64,000 nt of DNA from Camelus ferus (Eukaryota), in contig NC_045696.1 in the NCBI RefSeq assembly GCF_009834535.1, forward strand, positions 94,242,001-94,306,000. Direction: 5' to 3'. Positions 25,401 to 38,334 of the stretch are shown here, piece after piece (position 1 is the stretch's first letter; every line of letters starts with the position of its first letter). The position numbers and the translations under genes were made by a program. The notes beneath the pieces are model-generated. The model saw nothing but the letters and a program-made list of their open reading frames with translations, did not search any database and was not told the origin of the DNA.

Positions 25401-27265
25401 CTTTCACAGAAATAGAAAAAGCATGTAGCCAAAGCGATCCTGAAAAGAAGTACATGTGTCCCTTGAATAAAGCAGAGTGTTAATCTGACTATAACTTATC
25501 ACTGGCCCTCCTTAGATGAGGTTCCTCTGCATCTGTAGATTCAAGCAAACATGGACCATGTAGTACTGCAGCATTTACTACTGAAAAATATCTGCATATA
25601 AGTGGACCTGCATAATTCAAAGCAAGTTGTTCAAGGGTCAACTGTACAAAGCTGGAAGCATCACAATTTCTGATTTTAAATGTTTTTACAAAGCTATGGT
25701 AATCAAATCAATATGGTACTGGCATGAAAATAGACCTATAGACCCATGGAACTAAATGGAGATCCCAGAAATAAACTACATATATGGTCAACTGACATTT
25801 GACAAGGGAGCCAAGCACACTCAGTGGGGAAAGGACAGTCTCTCCAATCAGCGGTGGTAGGAAAACTGGACAACCACATGCAGTAGAATGAAACTGGATC
25901 CCCATCTAACCCCACTCACAAAAATTAACTTGAAATAAATCAAAGACTTAACTTGAAATAAATTTAAGACTGAAACTGTAAAACTCTCAAAAGAAAACGC
26001 TTGACATTGGTCTTGGCGAAACTTTTTGGTTATGACGAAACTTTTTGGTTATGACACCAAGAGTGTAAGAAACAAGAGCAAAAATAAACAAGTGGGACTA
26101 TATAACATTAAAAACCTGCACAGTAAAAGAAATAAGCAGCAAAATAAAGCAACATACAGAATAGAAAAAAAATTTGCAAATTATCTGTTAAGAGGTTGAT
26201 ATCCAAAATACACAAATAACTCATGTAACTTAATAGCAAACAGAACAAACAATCTGATTTTAAAATGGGCAAATGACCTGAATAAAAATTTTTCCAAAGA
26301 AAACACACATATTGGCTAACAGGTATGTGAAAAGATGCTTGACATTACTAATCATCAGGGAAATGAAAATTAAAACTACAATGACATATCACCTCATACC
26401 TGTTAGAATAGTTATTATTAAAAAGGCAAGAGACAAGCATTGGCAAGTCCGTGGAAAAAAGAGAATGCTTGTGCACTGTTGATGGGAATGTAATTTTGTA
26501 CCGCTACTATGGAAAACAGTACAGAGGTTTCTCAAAATACTGAAAATAAAATTACTATATGAGCTAGCAACTCCACTTCTAGGTATATACCTGAAGGAAA
26601 TGAAAACACTATCACAAAGAGTTATCTGTACTCTCATGTTCATAGTAGCATTAGTCACAATAGCTAAGACATGGAAACAAGCTAAATGTCCATCAATAGG
26701 TGAAAAAAGAAAGTGTGGTACACACACACAAACACACACACACAATGGAATATTACTCAACTGTAAAAAAGGAAGGAAATCCTGCCTTTTGCAATGACAC
26801 GGATGGACTTTGAGGGTACTATCCTAAGTGAAATAAATCAGACAGAGAAAGACAAATAATGTATATTTTTACTTGTATGTGGAATCTAAAACAGCTGAAT
26901 TTACGGACATAGAGAGTACAATGGTGGTTGCTAGGGGCTAGGCATTGGTGCAGGGCAAGGAGGAGGAAATGAAGAGATGGTCAAAGGGTACAAACTCACA
27001 GCTATAAATGAAAATTCTGGGGCTCTAATGGTGACTATAATTAACAATACTGTATTATATACTTGAAACTTGTTAAGAGAGTAGATTTTAAAAGTTAACA
27101 CCACTAAAAAAAAAAAAGGTAACTATACAATGGGATGAAGGTGTTAACTAACTTTATGGTGGTAGTCATTTTACAATATTTACATGTATCAAATCATCAC
27201 ATTGTACACTTAAACTTACATATATTAGAGTCAATAATATCTCAAAAAAGCTGGAGAGAAAAAAA
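22455..27265 (+). mobile_element. Near-full-span old L1 (L1MA8/9-like 3' end): GC-rich 5'UTR, decayed ORF1 (~23330-24250), internal deletion at ~24535, RT to ORF2 end, 3'UTR
   Basis: ORF1-like gaattcaatagagagcttcaacag, tacctggcaaagctgtcattc; ORF2 pieces EGKYLNIIKVIYEKPT...LKAFPLRSGKRQGCLLS and [14 protein letters not shown]; end gtcaataatatctcaaaaaagctgg. Confidence 0.92.
25453..25644. mobile_element. Tigger2-family MITE inserted in L1 ORF2
   Basis: TA|catgtgtcccttgaataa...gttgttcaagggtcaactg|TA; L1 resumes as caaagctggaagcatcaca. Confidence 0.8.
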
Positions 27266-28437
27266 GTGACTCAAATGTGCTGAATAGGCTGTAAATGTGA
27301 TACCCAGTCTCCCTCACATTTAGTGGACTCTGCCTTATATGCAGATCTTGGATAGGAATACCAAAGGAAGGGGATGATAAATACCACATGCTCTTAGGTA
27401 ATGTCATTTAACATTCAGGAAGATCCTTGATCTTGTATACCTTCAGTTGTACTTAGCAAGAAATGTATTATTGGGCAAAGTCAAGAGCAATGGTTTATAT
27501 AATACAGTATGGGTCAAACTGGTAACAGAAGAGTTCTAATTTGCTTCATGTAAAATTATGTATGCAATTAACCAAGCACAGAAAAAAATGTCTTGTTTGG
27601 CCAACTGATTCCATATCCTTCTCACCTCCCAAGAAAAACTGCTTAAATATTCAAAATTGTCTCAAGACTGAATGCATCTTGCAGAGAGTTTGAGTCTAAC
27701 ATTTGGCAAATTTTATGAGACACTAATTTGGAGAGAAGTCTCTAATTTAGTCCTCAGATCCCAATACTGCTTGCAGTTCCAGTCTTCTGATACCCAACGC
27801 CAAACTGTCAAAGTAGAATTCTAAACATTTGGGAAATGTTCCTGATAGAAGACAATCTTCTCACTTGAAAGCAGAACTGAATCTATATTTATAACATGAA
27901 ATGTGTCACTTTTATAATAGGTTGTAAAAATAAACAAACAACCCTCAGTTCATATTTTTAAATATTTGAAAAGCCTCTCTCCCTCAAATAAAATATTATC
28001 CAATGTTAAACAAAAAATCGGATATTCATTAGTGATAAAGCAAGCTGCAAAATGAATTCAATGTTGGCAGTGGAAGGCTTTATTTAAATCTGATAATGTA
28101 CTGCGACTGTCTCAAACAGAAATAGCACATACAGCAAAATAAAAGATTCTTTTTCCTGCCCTGAGGATACTTTCGTAATAAAATATTTTTCTTGGCTGTC
28201 TTTTCGCTTCCATTTATCACTCTAACCAACATAATCGGGGGGGGGGAGGGGAAATTATGTAACTTTAAAACGTCAGGCAAATAGATGTAAAGTCAATTAT
28301 GCCTATTAGATTATCCTCGTTTTATCAACTGCAAATCATGCTTCTAGTTCTAGTAAGCATTATCACTTCTTTGCCTTATTTGCCGTAGTTCTATGGCGCA
28401 GCTAGGAATCTGATGTTCATTGTAGTTAAGCACTTAC

Positions 28438-28650
28438 TTCAGACGCAGCTCCAAGAAAGGTCACGTTTCTCCTTGTCTCCTCTGTGCTCCAAGATCTTTA
28501 TTTCGGTCGCTTAAGGACTGCAGTCTTAACCATTTCCAGTAATAACAGATGTCTTCACTCTCGGCCCCAGTTCCAAAATCTGGGTCCCCGACTCGTTTCG
28601 CCACTCTCTCAGACCGTGCCGCCTCCCGCCATGTATCCACTTGCAACAAC
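28438..28650 (-). other. Putative first exon of a minus-strand transcript (start approximate)
   Basis: Consensus donor GAA|GTAAGT (plus-strand acttac 28432-28437); YY1 motif in sense orientation ACATGGCGG near the presumed TSS. Confidence 0.45.
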
Positions 28651-28699
28651 AGCGAAGTCCAGCTTCCCGCGCAGGAAGGGTCTGCGCACGCGCAGTTGG

Positions 28700-28783
28700 C
28701 CTGCGCGCCACGCTCGCTGCGTGTTTCTCCACAGGTCAGAACGGCCTCGTGACTGTGGTAACCTGCGCAAGGATTTTGGCAAG
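28700..28783 (+). other. Putative first exon of a plus-strand transcript (start approximate)
   Basis: Donor AAG|GTGAGA at 28783/28784 just downstream of the NRF1 motif. Confidence 0.35.
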
Positions 28784-30109
28784 GTGAGATTTCAGGTGTG
28801 TGAACCGCTAGTTTTCAACAATGAACTCTAGGGTGGAAAGGAACTGATACATTACTCTCTTTTTACTATTTACAAGGACGATTAAGAAAAGGTAGGACTT
28901 TCAGACTTTTCTAGAAACGGCATCTCCTCGTCCTCCACGGCACCTGGCTGTGGGTGGAGAAGGATGTTGATCGTCCCCTCACTCCTTCATAGGACTTTAA
29001 TTTTAGTCTGTTGATAGTTCTCTGTCACGTGTATTCATGAACTTTGCCCCTGCCCCCAGAGTTAAGAAAATATGCAGAAATTGCACTGCTCCTGTACTCT
29101 TTGAAGAAAAGGATTCTTTTTCTTATTATGAAATATTTCATATGTGATGGTCTATGGGAGCGGTATAATAAATCATAGTGAAGCAACCACCTGTCTGTAC
29201 ACCACACATTTTTATGATAAATATTGCATTATCTGATAATCAAATGCAGAACAAACTTACCTACACACAATTTTATAAAATGAATGTAATGAAATAACTA
29301 ATATAAAGAGAAAAAGAAAGAAAAGTATAGTAAAATAAAACGTATTTCAATCTGTAGATGTTTGGGCACAGGTACGCTAGAGATCTCATGGAGCAGTTAC
29401 ATTTCTTCTCATATGCTTACAATGAATTTGTTTGGATATAGAATATTTAAGAGCCATTCCATATGGGAACGGAGTCAAGGATGGACACCTGAATTAAATA
29501 GATAAACCAAGCCTAAAGTTTGGGTAAGTAATTACAAACTTACTAGGATAGGAAAAGCCAAAAAAAAAAAAAAAAAAGCCAAAACCAACCAAACAAAATT
29601 ACCCCAAAACCATGTAGGGATAGCAGTTCAAGTCAAATTACAGACTGCTCAAGAGAAGAAAATGAGGTCAACCCTAGTCTCTGAAGTGATCTTCAGAACT
29701 GTATTTGGAACTGTAGTGTCAAAATTATTCACTCTAGCCCAGGACGCTGCCATCAGTGCATTATATCCCGAAACCTTTTTCAGTTAAAGATGTAGCTGGA
29801 AATGCTAGAATATAATGAGTGGGTAACATGTGCAGAGTAAAACATTAAACAGTTTCAAGATGATGTCTTGATTCCATTTAAGCTTCCCTCTGGATAAGGT
29901 CTGTTACATTACTGAGCCTTTAGAGTAATTTCTTATAAAAATGTCTTAGTATTATCAGGAATTAAAATATTCCCAATTTATATTTGTAAGGGGTTTAATT
30001 CAGCAAGACATTCAGAAGTCCAATAATGCCAATACAGTGTACTCCTAACCATGAACTTCTGAAATGCCCCAGAAGAGGGTGTTACTACCCATGTTAAGAA
30101 GTCTGAATT

Positions 30110-32365
30110 CCCCACTCTTCCCTTCCCCATCACAGATCCCTGCATCTCTGCTAAATATTACCCTGGATTTTGTGTTTCCAGTTCCCTTGGTTTTCATTCA
30201 GTTTCAGTATGCATGCATGTATTCCTAAGAATATAATTAGTTTGGGATATTTATGAAATGTGTATACATATAATATGCAGTATGATAATATACTGTATAT
30301 TATTTTCTCACATCTTGCTTTATGTAACACACTATGTTGATGAGAATCATCCATGTTGATGCATGTTGCTCTGGTTAATTCATGTTGAATGGCAATGTTC
30401 TGTGGAATGACTGCAACATGTGTATTTATTCTCTGGTCAATGAGTATTTGGGCTGTTTCCAAGTCTTTTTTTTTTTCCCTAATGTTATGAAAATAGCATT
30501 CTTTTACATGTCTTCTCATTTTTGTACATGAGAATGTCTCTGGGGTTTTAACTGGGGATAATATGCATGGAATTTAGAGTAAGCTCACGTCTAACTCTAG
30601 TAGGTAATGCCAAATGATTTTTTTCAAAGTAATTATACTAATTTACAGTCTCACCAGATGTTTATATGTGTTCCTATTGCTATACATCTTCACCAGCACT
30701 TGGTATTAAAAGAGTTTTGTTTTTGATAATATATAGATATGAAGTAGTATCTTGTAATTTAAGTATTCATTTCCCCAAGTACTAATGGTATTGTCTTTTA
30801 AAATGAATATGAGCTATTTGAGTTTTGCCCATTTGTGAAAGGCTTGTTTATGTCTTTTTTTTGTTTTAATTGTAGTATAGTCAGTTTACAATGTGTCAAT
30901 TTCTGGTGTACAGCATGTTTCAGTCATACATATGCATACATATATTCGTTTTGACATTCTTTTTCACTACAGTTTACTACGAAATATTAAATATAGTTCC
31001 CTGTGCTATACAGAAGAAACTTGTTGTTTATCTATTCTATATATAGTTAGTATTTGGAAATCTCGAACTCCTAATTTATCCCTTTGAACCCTGTTTCCTC
31101 CCTGGTAACCACAGTCTGTTTTATGTCTATGAGTCTGCTTCTGTTTTATAAATAAGTTCACTTGTGTCTTTTTTTTTTTTTTTTAGATTCCACATATAAG
31201 TGATATCATATGGTATTTTTCTGTCTCTTTCTGGCTTACTTCACTTAGAATGACAATCTCCAGTTTCATCCATTTTGCAAATGGCATTATTTTGTTCTTT
31301 TCTATGGCTGAGTAGTATTCCATTGCATAAATATACTACAACTTCTTTATCCAGTCATCTGTCAGTGGACATTTAGGTTGTTTCCATGTCTTGGCTATTG
31401 TAAATAGTGCTACTATGAACATTAGGGTGCATGTATCTTTTTGAATGAAGGTTCCTTCTGGATATATGCCCAGGAGTGGGATTGCTGGATTATATAGCAA
31501 GTCTATTTTCAGTCTTTTGAGGAATCTCCATACTGTTTTCCACAGCAGCTGCACCAAACTACATTCCCACCAGCAGTGTAGGAGGGTTCCCTTTTATCCA
31601 CAGCCTCTCCAGCATTTACTGTTACGGACTTTCGAATCCTAGCCATTTTGACTAGTGTGAGGTGATACCTCATTGTAGTTTTGATTTGTATTTCTCTTAT
31701 AATTAGCGATATTGAACATTTTTTCATATGATTCTTTTTCTTGTCTTTTGTTCTTTTTCTACTGGATTTCTTACTGCTTTTGAGTTCTTTGTATGTTCTG
31801 AATATGCATCCTTTGTTGTTTATGTGTTGCAAAAAGCTTCTCCCAGCGTTTGGCTTGTCTTTACATTTACTTGATGATGTCTTTTGATGGACAGAAATTT
31901 CAATTTTATCTAATGAAATTGATCAGACTTTAAAAAAATGATCACACTGTTTGTGTCTTGTTTAGGAAATCATTCCCTTCTGCAAGGTGATAAATTCTTC
32001 TTTCAATTTTTATGATAGTTTAAAATTTTTTGGCTTTCCTATTTAAACTGTTAATCCATCAAGAATTGGTTTTTTGTGCAGGTATAATCAGTTGTCCCCT
32101 CATCATTTACTGAATATCATTCTTTTGCCTCTGATATGAAATTCATCACTGTCATATTAAGATGTTACCTATGAGTGGACCTGTGTTTCTGCTTTCTATT
32201 CAACTGCATTAGTCTAACTTTGTAACAGTGACACACATTTTAAATACTAGACCTTTGTAATATGTCTTGTATTGCTACGTCCCTCAAATATTCTACTTGA
32301 GAAGTATGTTAGCAAATTTTGGACCATTGTTCTTTGCGTGTTAGAATCCAGTTATCAAATTCCAG
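30110..32365 (-). mobile_element. Old L1 (L1MC/ME-type) interrupted by a younger L1
   Basis: tgagaatcatccatgttgatgcatg, gggctgtttccaag, ggtaatgccaaatga; continues after 31740 with ttgagttctttgtatgttctgaatatg. Confidence 0.7.
30858..31732 (-). mobile_element. Younger lineage-specific L1 3' fragment
   Basis: Track ORFs 31336-31557 ([29 protein letters not shown]) and 31509-31832 (HMKKCSISLIIREIQIKTTMRYHLT) = L1 ORF2 C-terminus; same 3'UTR type as 46201 and 61598 copies. Confidence 0.92.
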
Positions 32366-32829
32366 GCTAGTATTTTTATTTATAGAAGTTTCTATTTGGC
32401 TCTTTTTCAGATACATCCAGTCATATTTGATGGTCTCTTTTTCCTAATTCAAGCTTAGAATTATTTCTTCTATATCTTTAAAAATTACACATACTTCTTT
32501 TTTCTTTTTTTGTTGATGTCAATATCTAATGTCTCTGTGGATCTGATTCTTTGTTTCCACACACTTATCCTGTTCATTGCCCCTTTTTTCCTTACTGTGA
32601 TTTGCATTGTTGCAAGATGGGCCACAGCCTGGTCCCAGGATAAAGTTGGGGAAACAAGACATACTGATTCTCTGCAGCTTCTCAGCTTGTAGGCTAGGAT
32701 TTCAATGTGTGTTTTCTAGGTTTTGCTTCTGGATATTTGGTAATTGTTTGTTCAAATTTCTATGTGCCAATATAGTTTCAAAACTATACACCACTATATG
32801 TTCTGTTTTTCTTTCTCTTCTGTACTGTG

Positions 32830-33100
32830 TGATAGTGCAGAGTAATGGTTAAAACTATGGGCTCTATTATCATACTGTCTGAATTTAAATCTGCACTTCA
32901 CCACTTACTAAGCTATCCATGACAAAATGTACCTTTATGAACCTAGGTTTCTCATATTATGTTAGGATAAACTTGGCTCACTGGTATATTGGGCTCTTGG
33001 TAGTAATGAATGAATGAATGCACATAAAGTATCGTGACTGCATGTAAAGAATGCATAGTGCCTCGTCCATAGTGACAGCTCAATAAATAGTCATTATCAT
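32830..33100 (+). mobile_element. MIR
   Basis: gagtaatggttaaaactatgggctct...caccacttacta...gctcaataaatagt. Confidence 0.7.
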
Positions 33101-36100
33101 TAGTTCTTTTGTTCCTCCTCTAAGCATCAGCACAGAATCTCTCATATACTTGATATCAGTAAGGATGTGGATTGATTGACAGGTGCCGAATGTCTGACTG
33201 TTCGACAACTAGGACCTGTAAGTCCAGTTCGGAAAGTAAAACTGAAGTGCTAATGGGAGGGAAAGGGAAGTTCAGTAGACACAGTACAGACACAAGAGGG
33301 CTACCCGTGGGCAGCACAGACACGCACTTGAGTGTGATGGCTGTCTCAGGGAGGTCCTGCCTGTGTGATGATGCTCTGCTCCTGCATCCCCAGTTCCCAG
33401 GAGGTCTGAGGTGTCAGGGCAGTGTGGAATGCAGAAGGGAGAAAGAGAAGCATTCGGTCCTCTGGAAAAGTACACATGTTGTTACAGTAATTTCTCCTGG
33501 GTTTGACTCTTATAGTCAGTCTCAGAAGCACAGATGAATCATCTCAGTCATCTTTTCCTCCCTTCATGTCCACAGAGATAAATTTACTCAAAACATTTCC
33601 AGTGATAGATCCCAAAAGAAGTTTTTTGAAAATGGGAGCCACAAAGATAAACAAACCCTAGACTTAAGTTACATTGTTTAGAAGAATGAGAGATTTAAAT
33701 GAGTGTGAGTGATTTAAATGCAATGAAGAAATGACCATTTCCCCCTTAGCTTCAATTTAAACATTTTAGATGAAGTTAAACTTGAAAATGTAATTTTAAG
33801 AAATCCTTTTTGTTGTGTCTCAGAGTATGTTTCCCTTGATACTTCCTTTCTTTTGATTCTCCAGGAGCTACTTGCCTTGTCGCTACTCATTTCCTCCGCT
33901 CTTTTGAAACTACAGGTTCTCCCTAAAGCTAAAAGGGATTTTTCAGCTCCCATTTTCTTTCTGCACTCAGCTCAACTGGTAATTTTCCTGAGGTTTATCA
34001 TATATGACTGCTGTTAAAATATTCATTAACACATTGAATCAGATGTCTCAGTGTAGAATTATCCTAAGTCTGCTAATTAGTCCAGGTGAGACATTTAGCA
34101 CATTAAGTTACTTTTACTTAGTTTTACTACTATTAATGACTCAGCTTATTATAACTGAACAGTTTTTAAATCCTTTAAAACAAAAATCTCTGAAGTTCTT
34201 GAAGAATCTACTTTAATTTCCAATGTTTAAGCTTACTGTTCTGGTTGGTACTTAACTTAATACATGTTGCATGCATTGCAAAGAGACTTGCAAAATAACA
34301 CTTTTCTAGAGATGTTTTGTTTGTGAAAACAGCATTAGGGAACGGTGATTTTAGAGTAATATAAGGCCAAATAGTGCGTGCCAGGGTTAATGCCTGGATT
34401 TCTGCCCAGTTAATTTGGCTGGTTTGATTGTGTTGCTGTATCTCTATCCTCCCAGGTAGCAAGAAAAGTCTTTCTTGCTCTTCTCCCAAGACGAAGACTG
34501 GATTTCAGATTTATACCTGAATCTGGGCTTAGAGCCAAGAAGGCTAGAACCTAGCAATGAAGAGATGACATCCTGGAACTCACTTCTCCTTTAAAAACTA
34601 TTCTTAGATGTGCAGGAAGAAAGACGTGACTTTTAAAGGAGTGATAGCTTTTGACTGAATTCTTAAAACTACATTGATTTGCAATCTCAGGAGAATTTAC
34701 CATTCATTTAAATGCATAAGTTTTTTTAAAGATGACTAAATGTATTGTTCTTATTCAAATAAATATTTGCAGTATGCGTTAACCTTGAGAGTGAGAAAAG
34801 AGTTCCCTGAGAAAACAAGCTGGCAATAGGACACAGAAATTTATGAGTGATCTCATGATGTGTATTGATCACAATGTTTCAGTGACCTTTCCGAGGTGTT
34901 GCCTTGCAGTTTTCTTTCCATACCTAGATAGAAATTTTACTAAGCTTGGTCATGTTTTTTCCATTGTCAACTCACGACCCTCACTCATCTCTCCTGCAGT
35001 CTACCTCAGGGCTTACCTGTACAAACAGGATGCCAGTGTAATGATTTTCCCCAGGTACCCTCGTGTGGTAAAACAGTATATTTAAACACTGACTACAATC
35101 TGCAGTAAGAAATACAGTTTATTTCACAATAGTGTATACACATATACGTGCATTCACCTACTGAAACCGAGTAAGAATGTCGAGAAACAGTGGACACTTT
35201 TACTATTTAATAATTTCTAGATATTTCTATAGCATTTCATTAAAAATGCTAGTTGGGACACACTACATTAATTTAATGATCTGTAGTTTGAAAAATGCTA
35301 TTCTAAGAGATGTCTACATAAGAAAAATATATATGTAGGTAGTATTTTTCCCTTTTCTTAATTAAAACTTACACTGTTACCAATCTGAGCGTTGTATAAT
35401 CAGTTTTGCCACACAAGGGTGATAAATCTCATCCCCAAACAAAGAAAGCTCCCATTTTCATTTCTGTTATGCTCTATCAAGTAAGAAAATCATCCTACTG
35501 ACCCAGTACTTTCTCTCCAGAACTCAGGTTTGAACTATCTTCCTGTAGGTTGTGGGTGAAGTATCTCATGGGTCTTTTTATAGTTGGAAAAAATACACTT
35601 ACCCAACATCTATAGTTTACTTATTGCTCTGTAGGCCTTGTGTGAAAAGTTTCTGACTTTCAGCTACAAGGCTCACATGGAGAAAGAGAAGCCTGCAGGA
35701 GAAAAGTCATAAAGAAAAAACCCTTACATTTATATAGTGTGTATCACATTTATATAGTGTATATCAGCTTTCTTGGCTGTAATGAAAAAGAAAAAAATAA
35801 ATCCATCTCCTGTGTGTTTCAGAGAGCTAAACTACTGATGATTTGATGATGCTGCAGGAGCTATTACCAGCCAGTTAGACTCAGGTATTGACTGTTTCAT
35901 TCAAGTTTTGCTATTAGATGAGATGAAACTGACCCCGAGGATAGGAAGTGCTTCTCACAGTTGGGTGACTGGATTGGTGAAAAGAGCAAGAGGCTATCAT
36001 ATAACTTCTCATCTCATGGCTCATTCAAGTGTGCTTAGAATTTAAGGCAGGAGTTCTCTCTCACTTTTCTCCTTTTTGTTTTCTTAAATTTCTCAGCAAA

Positions 36101-38334
36101 AAAAAGAAAAAGTAGGTTTTAATACCTAAGAGACAAAAAGCTTAAAACCAAAGTTATATTAGGTAAGTTCATATAACATCAGGGCTTCTGTACTATTTTG
36201 GATAAAAATCAAAGCGAAAGATTTAGAAATTTACCTTTGATCAGAAGTGAGAAGGGAAAGAAGTGATGCCACATGGAGTCTTTAATATTCAAGACCCTGA
36301 TAACAACCAACATCAACTCTTCCATAGTTATACCTAGGATCAATTTGTCTGAAGACATTCAATTTTGAGAGTGTGGAAATAGAGAAAATAAGAAAAATAT
36401 TTAAACTTTATTGAAATAGCTTATAAATGATGAGCAGTATTTGATTAGGAACCAGAATACCCAGGAATTTTGCAGGATATTTACACAAATGGGTTTTCTT
36501 TTTTTGGACCTTCTTGCAAAAGTACCATTTTAAGGTGTACATAATTTATATCAACTTTGTCATTCTATTCAGCTTGGGACTATGGAATAACTATGTCATG
36601 CAGTTATTTGAAATACAGACAATTTTCTGTTCACTACAATAGAAGTTTTCAAAGTTTCAGAATTGACTCGAAATCTATATACTTTCAAGAAAGTAGGAGC
36701 ATTCAATGTTTCAATTTGATAAAGCTTGTCATAAAATGCAATGTTCTTTCCTGTGAATGAGAAAACAATGTAAACATGAAAAAAGTACACCAATCCCTTC
36801 TGAGGCATTGCACGTATATCTTACTGATTCAAATAAATAGCAGAAAACCAGTCGCTTCACCTGGGAGCTTTCATCACAGACTCTCCATGCTGAGTCTCCT
36901 AGCACTCTGCTCTGTGATGGGGCTCAGCCTTGACATCAGTCTCCCAAGGGCTACCTGAAACATGGCCCAGAGACTGTGGAGAGGGTGGGGTGACTGCTCT
37001 AAATGCCATTGGTGGAAAGTGCATAGAGTAAAAGGAATTCTGCTGCCAACCCCAAAGTCCCTTGGTTCCCAAGACTACAGGTACAACCATAAGCAGAACA
37101 TAAATGAGTCCGAGGTTTGAGCTTGTGTCGATGGGAGAAAACCATCCCCATCAGTAGGTCAGAGGCTTGAACTTGTCCTGTGTCTGATGTGAATATCACC
37201 AAAAATCACCATATCAGTTCCATTCTGGCAGTCCATTCTCCCATATTCCTACTAAAAAAAAAAAAAAAAATACTACGCCAACCAGCAAGAGCAATCTGCT
37301 CACCTGGCCATCCTCCTGGAACTGTGACTAATGTCAGAGTCTGTAGCAGTTCTAGACATATGAGTTCCAAAACTCTTTGGGACATTTGGTGGACCCCATG
37401 CAAGGAGCAGAGGATCGGAAAGTGTCCTGAAGGGAAGAAGCAGGGCCCAGCATCCACATCCTCTCAGGTGGCACTGCCATCCTGTCCCAGGCATCCAAGG
37501 GGACTTACACAATTTTGAGGAGAATACTTCTGTTGACCAGGACTAGTGTAGAACTTGGTCCAGACCTGTGATTCCTTGATGATGGCACTGCTTTCTCTGA
37601 TCAATTCCAAATGTTAAAGGAAGACTTGGAAAATTTGAGAACATGCCAAGTTTGGGATCTGTAGATGCTCAGAGTGGTACTTCCTGTTTGCCCAGGTCTA
37701 AAAATAGTACTTCCTCCAATACCCCTTCCTCCTTTCAAAATTAATTGTGTCTGTTACCATGTTCACCACTGCCCTGTAAGTATCAGGTGGTGAAGTATCC
37801 TTTTTTCCCCTGAAGGTCCACTGTCCATCTGTTTTCTAGGTCATTTTCTCTCATTTCCTTGGAAACCTCATTCTATCAATTTTCTCCTGTCTGCTCTACT
37901 ATCAACTTCCCCCTTTCTCCTTATATGTTGTCTTTCCTTCTCAGTCTCTTGTTGATTTATCTCCTTTTCTATTTCTCTTTCTCTTTGTTTCAAATACTCT
38001 TCATGAAAAAAAGAAGTCTATATTCATTTTTCCCTCATATTTCTATTTTTTTCCTCAAGTTGTTGAATTTTAGGCTTCCTCTATCCTGGCTGGCATGGCA
38101 AGTTATTAGTGACCAACATACCATCTAACTCAATTATTTTATTTCTTTAGGCACTATACTTGTGGTCTTCTCTGTTGCAATTCAGACTGTTGGAAGCATT
38201 CACCTTGAAACTCAGTTTTTCTCTAAGCCTGGTCCTACTGCTCTGAGTGTTTTTTTTTTTTTTTTTTTTTGGTTTCTTCATGGGCTACTCTTTCAGTAAT
38301 CCTTTGAGCCTCTGCATTTGCTGCGTTTGCTACT

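Larger units (their letters stand above)
28400..28810. promoter_or_regulatory. Small CpG-rich, probably bidirectional promoter
   Basis: Densest non-repeat CpG cluster in the window; NRF1-type TGCGCACGCGCA (28683-28694), YY1-type CCGCCATGT (28626-28634), E2F-like TTCCCGCGC (28664-28672). Confidence 0.75.

Noticed and set aside
28484..28831. ORFs over the CpG promoter
   Set aside because: No recognisable protein; explained by GC richness
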